A DNA stretch of 62,377 nucleotides, counting the filler, from Nemertoderma westbladi (lineage: Eukaryota; Animalia; Xenacoelomorpha), in NCBI GenBank assembly GCA_032718475.1. It is 3 parts of 3 records of this genome, joined end to end, with 100 filler letters (N's around TTAATTAATTAA, not from the genome) between each part and the next. Parts side by side here need not be neighbours in the genome. Positions count along the whole stretch, not along the records: positions 1 to 22,001 come from JAUCBJ010003459.1; 2 more parts are not named here. The stretch is one strand, 5' to 3'. Below are positions 1 to 11,762 of this stretch, one piece after another. The first letter of the stretch is position 1, and every line of letters starts with the position of its first letter. The notes under the pieces are model-generated. The model saw only the letters and a list, made by a program, of their open reading frames with translations, was not told the origin of the DNA and did no database searches. Both the position numbers and the translations under genes were made by a program.

Positions 1-1550
1 CTTTACTGTTTTAGTCGTACACTAGTAGGTTTAATTATAAAGGGCATATATCCTTTAACTGCAATTTAACATACCTAAAGACTACTGCTAACTGATCATA
101 CATCCTGACTGCTGAAACATTGCAAACTCGTAACAATCAGTGTTCAGTTGTTGTTTTATACTGCTATTTGCGGTCAGTTCTTCATAATATGGTTGATGAA
201 TTATTATATTTGGAATAACGATAAACAACCCCGAAACCCAATGTTCTTGATATACCGAAGGTAAGAGAGAAGGGTTACAGATAAACGATTGTGACTTATG
301 TTAAAGTGGTTTGAAGTGAATCTAATGTTATTTGATAGACCGTACATGAGTCAGTCTGTGTTCCTTTTATATGTGACTAAAATCAGTGAAGATTGGCAGA
401 TTAGTGTGCAGTATTGTGCAGCATTGTGTATGAGTGAGTCTGTTAAAGAAGCAATTCCTAAAGAATGCGCCATATATGTGAATTATAATTAAGCCATATC
501 GTTGTGAGTAGTTTAAGTCATAACTCTGTTTATATAGTTAAAGCGCCACGTCCTAAAGGAACTGTTAATATTCCCGAAGGTGAATAATATTGTCAGAGAT
601 TATATAATACTGTCAGTCGAATAATACATTAGGCTTACATAGCAACAAAATTAAACCGTCGAACCCAATCTCCCGGGAATATCCAGCGGGTGAATGGTCG
701 CGCACGGATTGGTTTCGACTAGTGTAGTGAATCAAATACGTGTCATAGACTAAAAACTGATTTAATATCTAGAAGACATCTTAATTTGGTGGGTTAAACT
801 GCCAAAGGTCTGAAAGCGCGAACACACCACTCGTGTTATTTATTGGCAAATAAGCATTAGAAACATGCTGCTGAAACTCAGGCAATTGAATATCGACATA
901 TATTGTAACTTTTCTAAATTTTTCATTGATAAATCAACATTAATTTTATTTCCTTCCTATATGAACCACTAACATTTTTGTTATATTAATTAGTTTATAT
1001 CACATATTATTGGGGCCGCTAGTTTATCCATTAACAATGTTTGTTCACCTACTAAGAATTAGAAAAGTATTTACAAAGATGGGCAAGTTCTTGGCTCCAG
1101 TAACATTATTGTGAATTCCCTCTCGTATGTTAGTTAGTAGTTAGTTATAATTTTATAGTAGGGATCAATTCTATAGTAATGGTATACGTTTGTTGGCCCC
1201 AGTAAAATAATGTTATTCACCTCCATTATTGGTATTAAATATAATTTCTGCCAATATTTAACTGTATTATATGAAAGGCTTAGAAAACTGAAGGATTAGG
1301 TCAGCGGTTTGGCTGTGGTTACTTAGTCAACAAAACAATAATCCTTCATATTTTGGTCATACAGTTAACGAACAAGTTGTAATTTATTACTAATTATTGT
1401 AAAGTTAGAATATAGGCCTTATTTATAATTCATAAAACTATCGAAACATTTATTAGTTTTTTTTTAATCAAGATTATTAAAGTCGACTAGTTTAAGCTAT
1501 AACTTTGCCATTGTACTATCTGATCAATCAATCATTAACTCATCTACAAC

Positions 1551-2601
1551 ATGGATCAACAAGGCGGTGGTTATATTAATTCAGAAATCCGACTGGAAGA
1601 ATTTCCAGGGACGACGGAAGGTGTCTATGAAATTATTCCAGAGAACGTGATTCCTGGTAATCCGTCACAGAATAGTGAAGGTGACAATAAATCAGTTACT
1701 AAGAGACGAGTTGTTTCAGTTAGGAGATGGTGGGTCGGGGTTGTTGGAGGGATCTTGGTAGTGGTGTTAGTAACAGCGGCACTAGCAACATTGTTTGTTA
1801 TGATGTCTAACAAGAACAATAAAGAAATAAAAGACCAGATTACAATTCAAAATAATCATAATAAAGAAATAAAAGACCAGATTACAATTCAAAATAATCA
1901 TGTCATGGAAAGTATTGGGGATCTAAAGGAAAGAACTAACGAGTTAGAGGAAATGTTGTTGCAGCTTCATCTCGTGTTGGTTTGTTTAAATACCGAAGTA
2001 GGTTCCATCACCTACGTCAACCATATTTATGGACTAAATGGTGTCATTAGATGCGACAACTCAGTCCCTGGAGGTCCGTGGATAGTAATACAGAGGCGTG
2101 TAGATGGATCAATAGACTTCTATCGTGGATGGAGCCAGTATACTACGGGATTTGGTCTTGTGGAGAGCGAGTTTTTTCTGGGTTTGGACGACATCCACAA
2201 ACTTACCAAAGCCGGAGTGAAACTGAGGATCGATCTTTGGTACCGAGGAGAACACAAGTACGCCGAGTATAATTACTTCAGTATCGGTGATTCTAATAGT
2301 AATTACACGCTACAGATATCCGGATACAGCGGTACAGCTGGTGATTCGATACTTTACGGGAGTCCCGGTGGGGTTCACTACCTCAATGGACAACCGTTCT
2401 CAACCTATGATCGCGATAACGATGCTTCGTCCGCTAACTGCGCCGACCACTACAAAGGGGCTTGGTGGTATCGGGATTGCAGCTGGTCCAATCTAAACGG
2501 CATCTACGGTAGGCGTGGGGAGGGACCTTATTGGTGGACATTCACTTACCCTGAGAGTGTCGGTACCGATGGAGAAAATAGAAATGAAGATCAGAGTTTA
2601 A
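1551..2601 (+). CDS. Type II membrane fibrinogen-related domain protein (FReD; FIBCD1/ficolin/angiopoietin-like), intronless, with a frameshift near the C-terminus
   Basis: Hydrophobic TM segment (WWVGVVGGILVVVLVTAALATLFVMM), then a coiled-coil-like stalk, then FBG motifs WIVIQRRVDGSIDFYRGW, EFFLGLDDIH, FSTYDRDND, GAWWYRDC-SNLNG. The canonical terminal EMKIR motif is in the +1 frame (PMEKIEMKIRV*, TAA 2599-2601). The ORF track reads through to 2654 instead. Confidence 0.9.
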
Positions 2602-4496
2602 CGAATCTACTATTGTTAACTATTAACTATATTATTATTATTATTACATTTTAATTAGCCATATAGATAGCATATATTATATATAGAGACCCACAACACT
2701 TAGTACAATAATTAAGTAATCTACTCTATATTATAATTATTATATTATACTCTATAATTATAATTACACAATAACGTATTTATATATAATATATATAGTA
2801 AAGTAAATCATGAACTGACAAAAGCGAGAGCATTTGCCGTATCCTAGACGACAGGCAAAAATAATTTATTGCACAAACGATATAATTATCATAGTAGGAA
2901 CCGAAGGTTACTTTCTGTAATAAGAATTTGATAATAAATTTAATAAAATAAATAAATAATAATATAATAACAAATAAATAATTTTAATAATATAATATTA
3001 TTATATAATAGTAATAATAGTAATATTTTAAAGCGAAATAATATAAAAACGGCTCTAACGATTTCGTTAAAATTTTGCATGACGCAATGTTTTGATGACC
3101 ACTATCGTTTCCCGCTGGTCCCATGTCTGTCCATAGAATGTGGGCTCGAAAAATAGTCATAAACGAAAAAACGCCATAGGCCCAATGATAAAACACCAGC
3201 TGGAGCACATGAAAAATAGACGGAGAGAGGGATGTCAATACAAACGACTGTCTCAGTACACTTTTAGAACGCATCAGATTACTTTATAGGCCAACTGTTC
3301 TTGCATTCCAACCAGAAATTAACGGGCTTTCAGGTAGACCAATTGGTTTTTTGAATTTCAATTTTTTTTCATATAATTAGCTTATTTTTTTAAAAATTGT
3401 CCTGATTTTCAAAAAATTTAGCCAAATAATTAGTATCACAAACATTACAATCGCAGTTCGGTACTTATTCTTACATAATATAAAAACTAATTGGTTTACG
3501 TTATTCTACGGTAAAAAATGTTCCTAGTGGGACATTTTAACTCTATAACTCAAATGGCAGCTGAGAAACATGTAACGAAAAAATTCTAAAAACTCATTTT
3601 GAGAAAAATTATGTTAAAATTTGTACCTTCCCGCGCAAAAACTGTCTGTTATTATGAAATAACGTCTGTCAATATATACCTAGCAAATAGAAAGCATTAA
3701 ACCATGCGTCGACTTTTGCTATGGGGGTGTTCCTGGTCGCTGATTTCATTTCTGATGTCAGTTTTCACTTAAAATTAAATATTGATTTTCTGTAGGTAGT
3801 CTTTCGGTCTTTCTGACTATCCGACAATCTGTCCGTTAAAAATAAGAAAAGAGCAAACAATCTAGTTAAAAGTTTAACTAGCGGGGTTTTCCTGGTCGCG
3901 GAATTCATTTCGAGTGACAGTTTCAACATTTGATGACCTCCAAATTGTCTGTTTGGCAGTCAGTCTGTCGGTTATATTTTGACGTACAGACTTACAGGCA
4001 TACAGACAGAAACGACGAGGCCAAATTTGAATACATATCAGAAATGAAGTCAACCCATATAACGAAAACCCATACAGGGAATTATTTTAGGCAGATAATT
4101 TACTTTTTATCGACGGACAGACATACTGACGGACAAACCGACAGTCAATCGGTCAGACAGCCATATCTTGAGAAGTAAGACAGATCTGGCTAAATTTGGA
4201 ATCTTGATAAAAATCTGCTCTAGATGAGACAGAAAATAAATTTGAGTGCCTGTACTACTCCCCTTAACGTTGAATTTAATTGAACAAAAAGGTCGGATTC
4301 TTTGCAACTATTTATTAGTAGTTGCTACCCATAGACAGTGTTAGATAAGAGCGACAGATCGTCAGCATCCTAAGTGATTAATGGGTTTACCATTAATTAC
4401 ACAGCCATAACCTGATCTATTTAAAGCTTTGATTAAATCATCTATGTATAAATTGTATGAGTAAGGGCTGAGAATACCGCTTTGTTTGGTACCATT

Positions 4497-5257
4497 AGTT
4501 AAAGAAAATCTATCAGAGTTATAACTACCCCTACTAACAATAAGTTGTTGGCTACGATAGTTACAGAAAATCTATCAGAGTTATAACTACCCCAACTAAC
4601 AATAAGTTGTTGGCTACGATAGTTACAGAAAATCTATCAGAGTTATAACTACCCCAACTAACAATAAGTTGTTGGCTACGATAGTTAAAGAAAATCTACA
4701 GAGTTATAACTACCCCAACTAACAATAAGTTGTTGGCTACGATAGTTAAAGAAAATCTACAGAGTTATAACTACCCCAACTAACAATAAGTTGTTGGCTA
4801 CGATAGTTAAAGAAAATCTATCAGAGTTATAACTACCCCAACTAACAAAAAGTTGTTGGCTACGATAGTTACAGAAAATCTATCAGAGTTATAACTACCC
4901 CAACTAACAATAAGTTGTTGGCTACGATAGTTAAAGAAAATCTACAGAGTTATAACTACCCCAACTAACAATAAGTTGTTGGCTACGATAGTTACAGAAA
5001 ATCTATCAGAGTTATAACTACCCCAACTAACAATAAGTTGTTGGCTACGATAGTTACAGAAAATCTATCAGAGTTATAACTACCCCAACTAACAATAAGT
5101 TGTTGGCTACGATAGTTAAAGAAAATCTATCAGAGTTATAACTACCCCAACTAACAAAAAGTTGTTGGCTACGATAGTTAAAGAAAATCTATCAGAGTTA
5201 TAACTACCCCAACTAACAATAAGTTGTTGGCTACGATAGTTACAGAAAATCTATCAG
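4497..5257. repeat. Minisatellite, ~12 copies of a 61-62 bp unit
   Basis: Unit GAAAATCTATCAGAGTTATAACTACCCCAACTAACAATAAGTTGTTGGCTACGATAGTTA(C/A)A recurs at 4504, 4566, 4628, 4690, 4751 ... 5245. Confidence 0.97.
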
Positions 5258-7235
5258 GATTTCAGGAAGTATCTACGAACTCTATAATGCGCCGTAAGAC
5301 TGTGTTTTCAAAGATCATTCCAGTTAGAATAAAATCCCAAAATGGGAGATCAATTACAACTTTTTTGGATAATGGGTCGGATTGCTCTTTGATCGATGCA
5401 GATTTGAGCAGATGGTTAAATTTAGATTATGAAGCAAAGAAGGTTTCCTTGAGTACAGTGAATGATCGAAATGGTATGATTGAGTCAGGTGAAGTTTCAT
5501 TCACAATAGAAGGTATTATGAAAGAATATGAAAATGTGAATGTAAAAATTGAATCAGCACTGATTTTCCCAAATTTGAATATCAAGTATAAACGACCAGC
5601 TGACTATTATCCTGAATATGATTTTCAGTGGAAACGAACTGATGTGGACCTAAGCTACCCAGAACTAGATATAGATACTGTGAATCTTCTTATTGGACAT
5701 GATGTACCTGCATTACATATACCTATTGGAGAAGTAGCGCGTCCACAGGACATCAATACACAACCTTATGCAGAAAAAACATTATTAGGCTGGACTCTCA
5801 GTGGTGTCAAAAATGAATCCGTTGATACAATCAACCATAATGAATTGTTTGAGATCAGGATTAACCATGTCCAAAAGAGTATTATCTGTAAGATTAACAA
5901 TTGGAATATCACTGGAGTTGACATAAGAAAGCTGGAGATTCAACCAAGCGATGGCGTTCATCCTGGAGTGAAGTTCTGTGAGATCAATGGAGATGACCAT
6001 GAACTTGTACTTGAGTCAGAGAGAACACAGAGGGCTATGACGAAGTACTTCAATCAGGAGTCTCACGAACTTGATGATCACAATAAAGCGCATTCCGAGG
6101 AGGATCTAAAATGTATTGAGATGTTAGATAAATCTGAATTCATAGATGGGCACTGGGTATCACCAATGCTCTGGAGAAACCCAGCCAAAATAATGGATAA
6201 CAACTTCTCTATGGCATTTAGTCGCCTTAAATCTACCGACTTCATGGTAAACCAGAAATAAAGAAGAGATATAGCGAAATCATTCAGGGCTATTTAGAAG
6301 ATGGAATTGCATCTCGAATACCAGAAGATGAGTTGGGTCAATGAAAGCGTACATATTACCTTCCAACGCATTATGTGCTTGAACCCAGAAAAAAGGGAAA
6401 GATTCGTGTTGTTAATGGATGCATCAGCAACATATAAAGGGGAATCCCTAAATACACAGCTATATACTGGTCCAAATATATATAGTTCATTGGTTGGTGT
6501 ACTCTTTAGATTTCGGGAAGGACAAGTTGGAATGACATGTGACATTAAAGCAATGTTTCATCAAGTTCGCACAACCAAGAAAGACTCTGATAGCCTTAGG
6601 ATACTCTGGTGTGACGTAAACCTAACCATTGAAGAAATAGAAAATCTTTCTCCAAGCGATATTGTAATTATTCGCATGTTAGTGCATATATTTGGAGCCA
6701 GGGATTCACCAGTAGTCTGTCGTGATGCCTTGAAAAGGACAGAAACAAAGTTTGGAAATAATTTTTATCCCATAACTGAGGAAACAGTCAAACGATGCTT
6801 CTATGTAGATGATGGAATGATAAGTACAGATACTCCTGAAGAAGCAATTTGTTTAGCCCTAGACCTAAAGGCTCTTCTCAAACGAGGGGGTTTCAACTTA
6901 GTGAAGTTTAGATCAAATAATAAAACGGTGATGTCTAATCTTCCTGACGATATTAAACTCACAAGAGAAGAAATGTTTGGGGAAACTGCAGATCATAAAG
7001 CATTAGGGATTCAATGGGACCTCCAGAAGGATAGTTTATATTTTAAATATGCGCCTAAAGGAAAACCTTGCACTAAGCGCGGCGGATGCCTGTCCATACG
7101 AAATTCTGTTTTTAATCCAATAAATTTCCTAGCACCTGTACTTCTGGTAGGCATGGATATCATAAAATCCATGTGGATAAATAAGATCTCTTGGGATAAA
7201 ATTCTTCCCCAACCTATTCAACAAGAGTGGAATAA
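5258..7235 (+). pseudogene. BEL/Pao protease and reverse transcriptase remnant (frameshifted)
   Basis: ORFs 5224-6261 and 6301-7254 carry DNGSD, DASATYKGESLN, DIKAMFHQV, IFGARDSP, FYVDD, KALGIQWD. Confidence 0.9.
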
Positions 7236-7254
7236 GGGGGGAATAAGAGAGTAA

Positions 7255-8160
7255 GGGGGGGGGGGGGGGGTAGCACCCCCAAATTGAACCTCACATTTTT
7301 GTGTCTCTGGACCATAAACTTGGGTGAAAATAATTTTTTCTGCTACTAAACAACGTCTGGACTGTCTGAGAATGGCCAAACCAATATTTTTAAAATTGGC
7401 CCCAAAATGGCTCCGTAATGGCCAAAAAGGCCTTTTTGCGCCAAGGGCTATTTCTCCACCAATATTTGTTGAAAATTGTTGAAATTTGGATTATAGGTTC
7501 AGAAGAACCCTGCATCCAATTCTTCTTAACAAATTTTGCCTCAAATGCTCTGGAGCCTTTTTAGAACAAAAAGGCCCCAAAAAAGGGCCTTTTTGGGCCT
7601 TTTTGAAATAAAAAGGTTCCGGGGCATTTCCAACCAAATTTGTTAAGAAAAAGTATGGAGAAGGGTAATCTTAACAACTGTTCCAAATTTCAACTCATTT
7701 CAGTCAAAATTGGCGGAGAAATAGCCTTTTTCATGAAAAAACGTCGTTTAGAGATATGGGTGTTTAAAGTTTAAGGAATAATTTAAACCTTCCCGCTATT
7801 TTAGATAATACCAATTTTCTATGTTCGTCAATAACTTTGTCAAAAATGAATGAAATTCCACAAAATTTTTCATGCTTGCTAAACAGATAACGTTTTAGCA
7901 ATTTTATGCATATCTATAACGTGAGAAACTTTTTTATGAAAAGGGCCCTGTACAATTGTAAAATATAGTGCTGCTCGAAGGCTTTACAAAAATCAGACTA
8001 GCTCTTACGTTTTGGCTAATAACTTGAGTTTGAAAAAAGATATGAGAAAACTGCTGGCAGATTTGAAATCACCATTAAATTTGGCACATGATAGAATAAA
8101 AAAACTTTTTGTCAAATTCCAAAATAGGGGTGTGCTAACCCCCCCCCCCCCCCCCCCCCC
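7255..8160. mobile_element. TTAA-targeting MITE with G-rich termini (Kolobok- or Sola3-like), copy 1
   Basis: TIRs (G)nTAGCACCCCC / GGGGTGTGCTAA(C)n followed by TTAA. A closely similar ~900-bp copy is at 60588-61491. Confidence 0.85.
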
Positions 8161-8736
8161 TTAAATCAAAGATATGGTTCCAAGGCCCTGAATTCCTGAA
8201 AAGCCTGAATCTGCATGGAATACTAGATGTGATCCATTACTAGACTCTGGGAAGTATAGTGAAGCGGATAAAGAAATCTGTGACGGGATCAGAGATCCCG
8301 ACCGGGTAGGTTGTTATACGCGTCACCGTTTTGCCTTAGGGATGGTGCTAGCAGCTTGGCCGAGGCCGATGTAGGAAAACAATGAGAGTTCGATGTTGTC
8401 TCTTGATATTGTAAATGATAGCACAATAATTAACTGATGTAGCAGAAGTATAGATATGATGGTATATGATTGATAATATATGACTGATGACGGTGAACAA
8501 TGTTACCGGTCTGCACTGAAACTGGGTAACTAACTAACTGAATCACAAACCGGTAACGGGAGGTAATATATGATTGATATACCAATATTGCTTCACCTTC
8601 TACGCTACTTTGGCCTGTTACCTAATGGATGCTCTCCTGTGTCCTATCACGTGCTTTCATCCCCCCTATTGACTAATATCCTACTTGTCACCCTTGCACT
8701 CTCTGGGAGTGTTTCCCCTCTGCTGCTAGCCTCTAC

Positions 8737-9001
8737 TGTGGTGTTGTAATAACAATAATGGTTAACAACAGTTCAGTATAATATAGGATTGTAATTATAA
8801 GATATTCCAGTATTCATTCAATACAGCATTCAGTCAATAGCTTTTACTGGTAGTCAACCTGTATCACTTACTGTACCGGTACTGCCGCACGGTACCTACC
8901 TACTCCCTTCAGTCCTGACTCTCCCCTACTGCTGTACCGCCGTCCTCCCCTACTCTAGGGGGCCGTATCCACTTCACCCCCTGTGTGACTACCCTAACAC
9001 A
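8737..9001 (-). repeat. 3' LTR (265 bp)
   Basis: TGTGGTGTTG...CCCTAACACA on +, matching 12588-12852. Confidence 0.97.
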
Positions 9002-9124
9002 TCAGTTTCTATAGAAACTAATTATTTTACAATTTTAGTTTGCAAATTGTACATAACCGAGTCGTAGTAATTATTATCTTATCGTCCATATCGGCGATCG
9101 GTGTCCTAACCCCAGAACACCACG

Positions 9125-10276
9125 TCAGTCAACATCGAAACCGTAATATCGTGGAGCCTGTATTTGTCTACCAATACGTGTCACAATCGGCTCCGGATCG
9201 CAATCATCGCTGATATTACTATCAGTATCATCAGTTTCAGAGTTCTCAGAACTTTCAGTTTCGGAGTTACTTATTTCAGGCTTTTTAGAACTTTCAGTTT
9301 CGTGCCCCTTTTCCTTATCTGTACCTGTCCGGCTGGGCACCTTCCGTACATCATGTAGGTGTCGCCGCACCCCCTTCACCATGACCGACCGAGTGTCAAC
9401 TGCATCTACCTGAACCGGTCCCCTCCATTTTTGAGTGCATCGGACGTGCTGGCCAGGTTTTACGTAAACCATGTCACCCCTCTCTATAGTAGAATGCGGG
9501 AACGCGAACGTTTTTCCTGGATGTTTGAGTTCGTCCTGCTCTGGGGAAAGAGCAGTTACCCCTGGTAGTTTCCTATGGCGTTGTGCCAATCCCTGGAAGC
9601 ACTGGCTGGCTGGACAATGTTCTTGGCCCCGCCCCTTCGTTTGATTGTACCAGAATGTGGCCTGCTCCAATGTTTTCCCTGATCGAGCAACCCATTTCTT
9701 TATAGTCCTATGAACTCTTTCCACAGGATTACCTTGTGGTCGATAGGCGCAGACGTACTTTAGTTTTACCTCCCACTTCTCGAGAAATTCTTGGACTTCA
9801 CGGCTCCAATATGCTGGGCCGTGGTCTGCCAAGAATTCGTCTGGTGGACCGAATTCGATGAACAGCTGTTGCAGTTCCAGAACAACAGTTGACGCTTTCT
9901 GATTGGCTGCTCGTCGACATACAGTGTAGTTGGTTGCACAATCTAATATCGTTAAATACTTTCTGTTTCCATAGTCTGTGAAATCGCTTGAAAGTCGCCC
10001 CCACGGTTGATTAACCTTACTAGTTCCTGGTTCCCATGGTAATGGACTGGGATCGATGCTAATACACTGTTCACATTCGCGGCACACCTTCTCAATGAGT
10101 TTTTTCGGCACTATATTTTTTATTTCGTGGTCGTTCTGGCAGAGTTCAGTGGTTCGTTCCACCCCTGGGTGGAAAATATTGTGGATTTCTCTAACTCGCT
10201 CTATTTGTCTGTTTTCTGGGTTAGTATTCTCGGAGACGGTTGTCGCCGCTGCTATCGCATTGCCCCCCCCCCCCAT
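9125..10276 (-). CDS. Integrase portion of pol (HHCC zinc finger + DDE core)
   Basis: HNIFHPG...CEQC, RLSSDFT, FLADHGP, NPVERVHRTIK, C-terminal RIGRQIQAPRY. Separated from the RNase H frame at the C-run 10263-10274. Confidence 0.92.
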   Translation of the reverse strand: MGGGGNAIAAATTVSENTNPENRQIERVREIHNIFHPGVERTTELCQNDHEIKNIVPKKLIEKVCRECEQCISIDPSPLPWEPGTSKVNQPWGRLSSDFTDYGNRKYLTILDCATNYTVCRRAANQKASTVVLELQQLFIEFGPPDEFLADHGPAYWSREVQEFLEKWEVKLKYVCAYRPQGNPVERVHRTIKKWVARSGKTLEQATFWYNQTKGRGQEHCPASQCFQGLAQRHRKLPGVTALSPEQDELKHPGKTFAFPHSTIERGDMVYVKPGQHVRCTQKWRGPVQVDAVDTRSVMVKGVRRHLHDVRKVPSRTGTDKEKGHETESSKKPEISNSETESSENSETDDTDSNISDDCDPEPIVTRIGRQIQAPRYYGFDVD

Positions 10277-10850
10277 TAGTTTCAGTTTCTAGTTTTATCC
10301 ATTTTTGGGGAATTCTCGTGAGGGGGTCTGCTATATTCTTTTCTGATGCAACTTGATGTACTCGAATAGTGAGTTTATATTGCTCGATCATGTTTCCTAT
10401 CAGATCAAGTCGCCGTGCCACTAACTTTCGCGCTTGCCCTTTTGTTTGGATCCTATGTGAGTCGTTTATCACTGCTTTCAACCAACTTCCAGCAGTTACA
10501 GAATCCACATATAAGTCGATATCTACCAACCCCCAATCGATGGCTAGGTTTATCCCCTCCACAACGGCATCGAGTTCTGCTACGTTTATGTGGCTAGTGT
10601 CATTAGGTTTTCGCAGCCAGGCCGCATCTTCCACTATCACACCTCCGATTTTTATCACCACACCCTTTGCTATAGAGCTAGCGTCCGACCATACCTCACC
10701 GTGTGTCGTCATTGGGACTACCCAGTCACCTGTCACCGGATCGCTGGTCTCTAGACGGGCCAAGGTTTCACTCAACATTTTTCGGACCCCCTTCTCTACA
10801 GCTGTGTCCCACGCTTTCCCTGCACTGCAGCGCTGCAGCCATGCACACGA
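10221..10850 (-). CDS. RNase H portion of pol (DIRS1-like motif pattern)
   Basis: VWSDASSIAKG, HINVAELDAV, LYVDSVTA, VASEKNIADPLTR. Confidence 0.88.
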   Translation of the reverse strand, partial: SCAWLQRCSAGKAWDTAVEKGVRKMLSETLARLETSDPVTGDWVVPMTTHGEVWSDASSIAKGVVIKIGGVIVEDAAWLRKPNDTSHINVAELDAVVEGINLAIDWGLVDIDLYVDSVTAGSWLKAVINDSHRIQTKGQARKLVARRLDLIGNMIEQYKLTIRVHQVASEKNIADPLTRIPQKWIKLETETNGGGGQCDSSGDNRLREY

Positions 10851-11380
10851 TGGTCTGGTAAGATTGGAGATATTCTGGAACATTCACTTGCATATATGCC
10901 CATTTCAAGTCGACTATGGCCGTATTGTGTCCCATTCGGCGCCATTTTCTCATCTTCTCACCACACGCCGCAGCATCTCGGCCTGGTGAATTCTCAATAT
11001 ATTGGTTTAACTCTCGATAGTCTAATATTGGGCGTATTCGCCTTTTCTTTGGCTCGTATTTTCCCATCAATGGGATGGTCCCTCGCACCTTCCCGTGTCG
11101 CTCTTTGTCATAGGGTACCACCCAGCCTTTGTCTATCCATTCATCTAAGGCTGTATCATACATTTCGCGGTGTTCGGGACGAATTTTATACTCAGTTGTA
11201 TGGTTCTTCAGTGTTGGTGGACCCTCATCTGTTTTCCACTTCCACTCAACTGACCAATGTTTCCCGTCATAATTGGCTCGGAAATCCGATTCATCTATAT
11301 TGATATTCCGCGGGCCTGGTATGTCTTGTCCCGTATTTATCTCATCTATCTTTGCCACCGCCCCAGCTGCTCCAAATACG
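10850..11380 (-). pseudogene. N-terminal RT fragment, truncated before YxDD
   Basis: WIDKGWVVPY, RIRPILDYRELN, VDLKWAYMQV...YQTIV, then an out-of-frame jump into sequence just upstream of RNase H. Confidence 0.85.
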
Positions 11381-11762
11381 TCGCGGCCCCAATCCGTTTA
11401 ATTGTGTCATACCCAAGAATTATTGTCGCGATCCCCAACAGCTTCTTCACTACCAGGAATGTACACTTCACCAGTTGTTGCTGACCTTCAACCTCGATTA
11501 TGGTGAGGTCAACTTCTCCAACAATATTAGCCTGGGCTTCACCATCTAGCATAGTGATGTTTCTCCTTTGGCCTGGATTCGACATAATACTGAGTTTATG
11601 CTGTTTACACCAAGGGGCTGACACCACACCTCTAGTACACCCTGTGTCAACTAACGCCCTCACTGTCCCTTCTACATCTTCTACGCGTACGCCAACTACT
11701 GGTGCATCCAGCTTCCCTGGGAAACGTCCGTTGGCCGCAACGTTCCCCTCTTCTCGTTTCCC
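11346..11762 (-). CDS. Aspartic protease (start of pol, -1 frame relative to gag)
   Basis: RALVDTGCT and IILGYD motifs. Confidence 0.88.
   Translation of the reverse strand, partial: GKREEGNVAANGRFPGKLDAPVVGVRVEDVEGTVRALVDTGCTRGVVSAPWCKQHKLSIMSNPGQRRNITMLDGEAQANIVGEVDLTIIEVEGQQQLVKCTFLVVKKLLGIATIILGYDTIKRIGAATYLEQLGRWQR

Noticed and set aside
3030-4270. DNA-transposon remnant
   Set aside because: It looks repeat-like, but I could not define matching termini or a second copy.
4497-5257. CRISPR array (62-bp period)
   Set aside because: The whole unit is repeated, with no variable spacer.
10263-10274. Programmed frameshift between RNase H and integrase
   Set aside because: It falls in a 12-nt homopolymer, so slippage or sequencing error is more likely.
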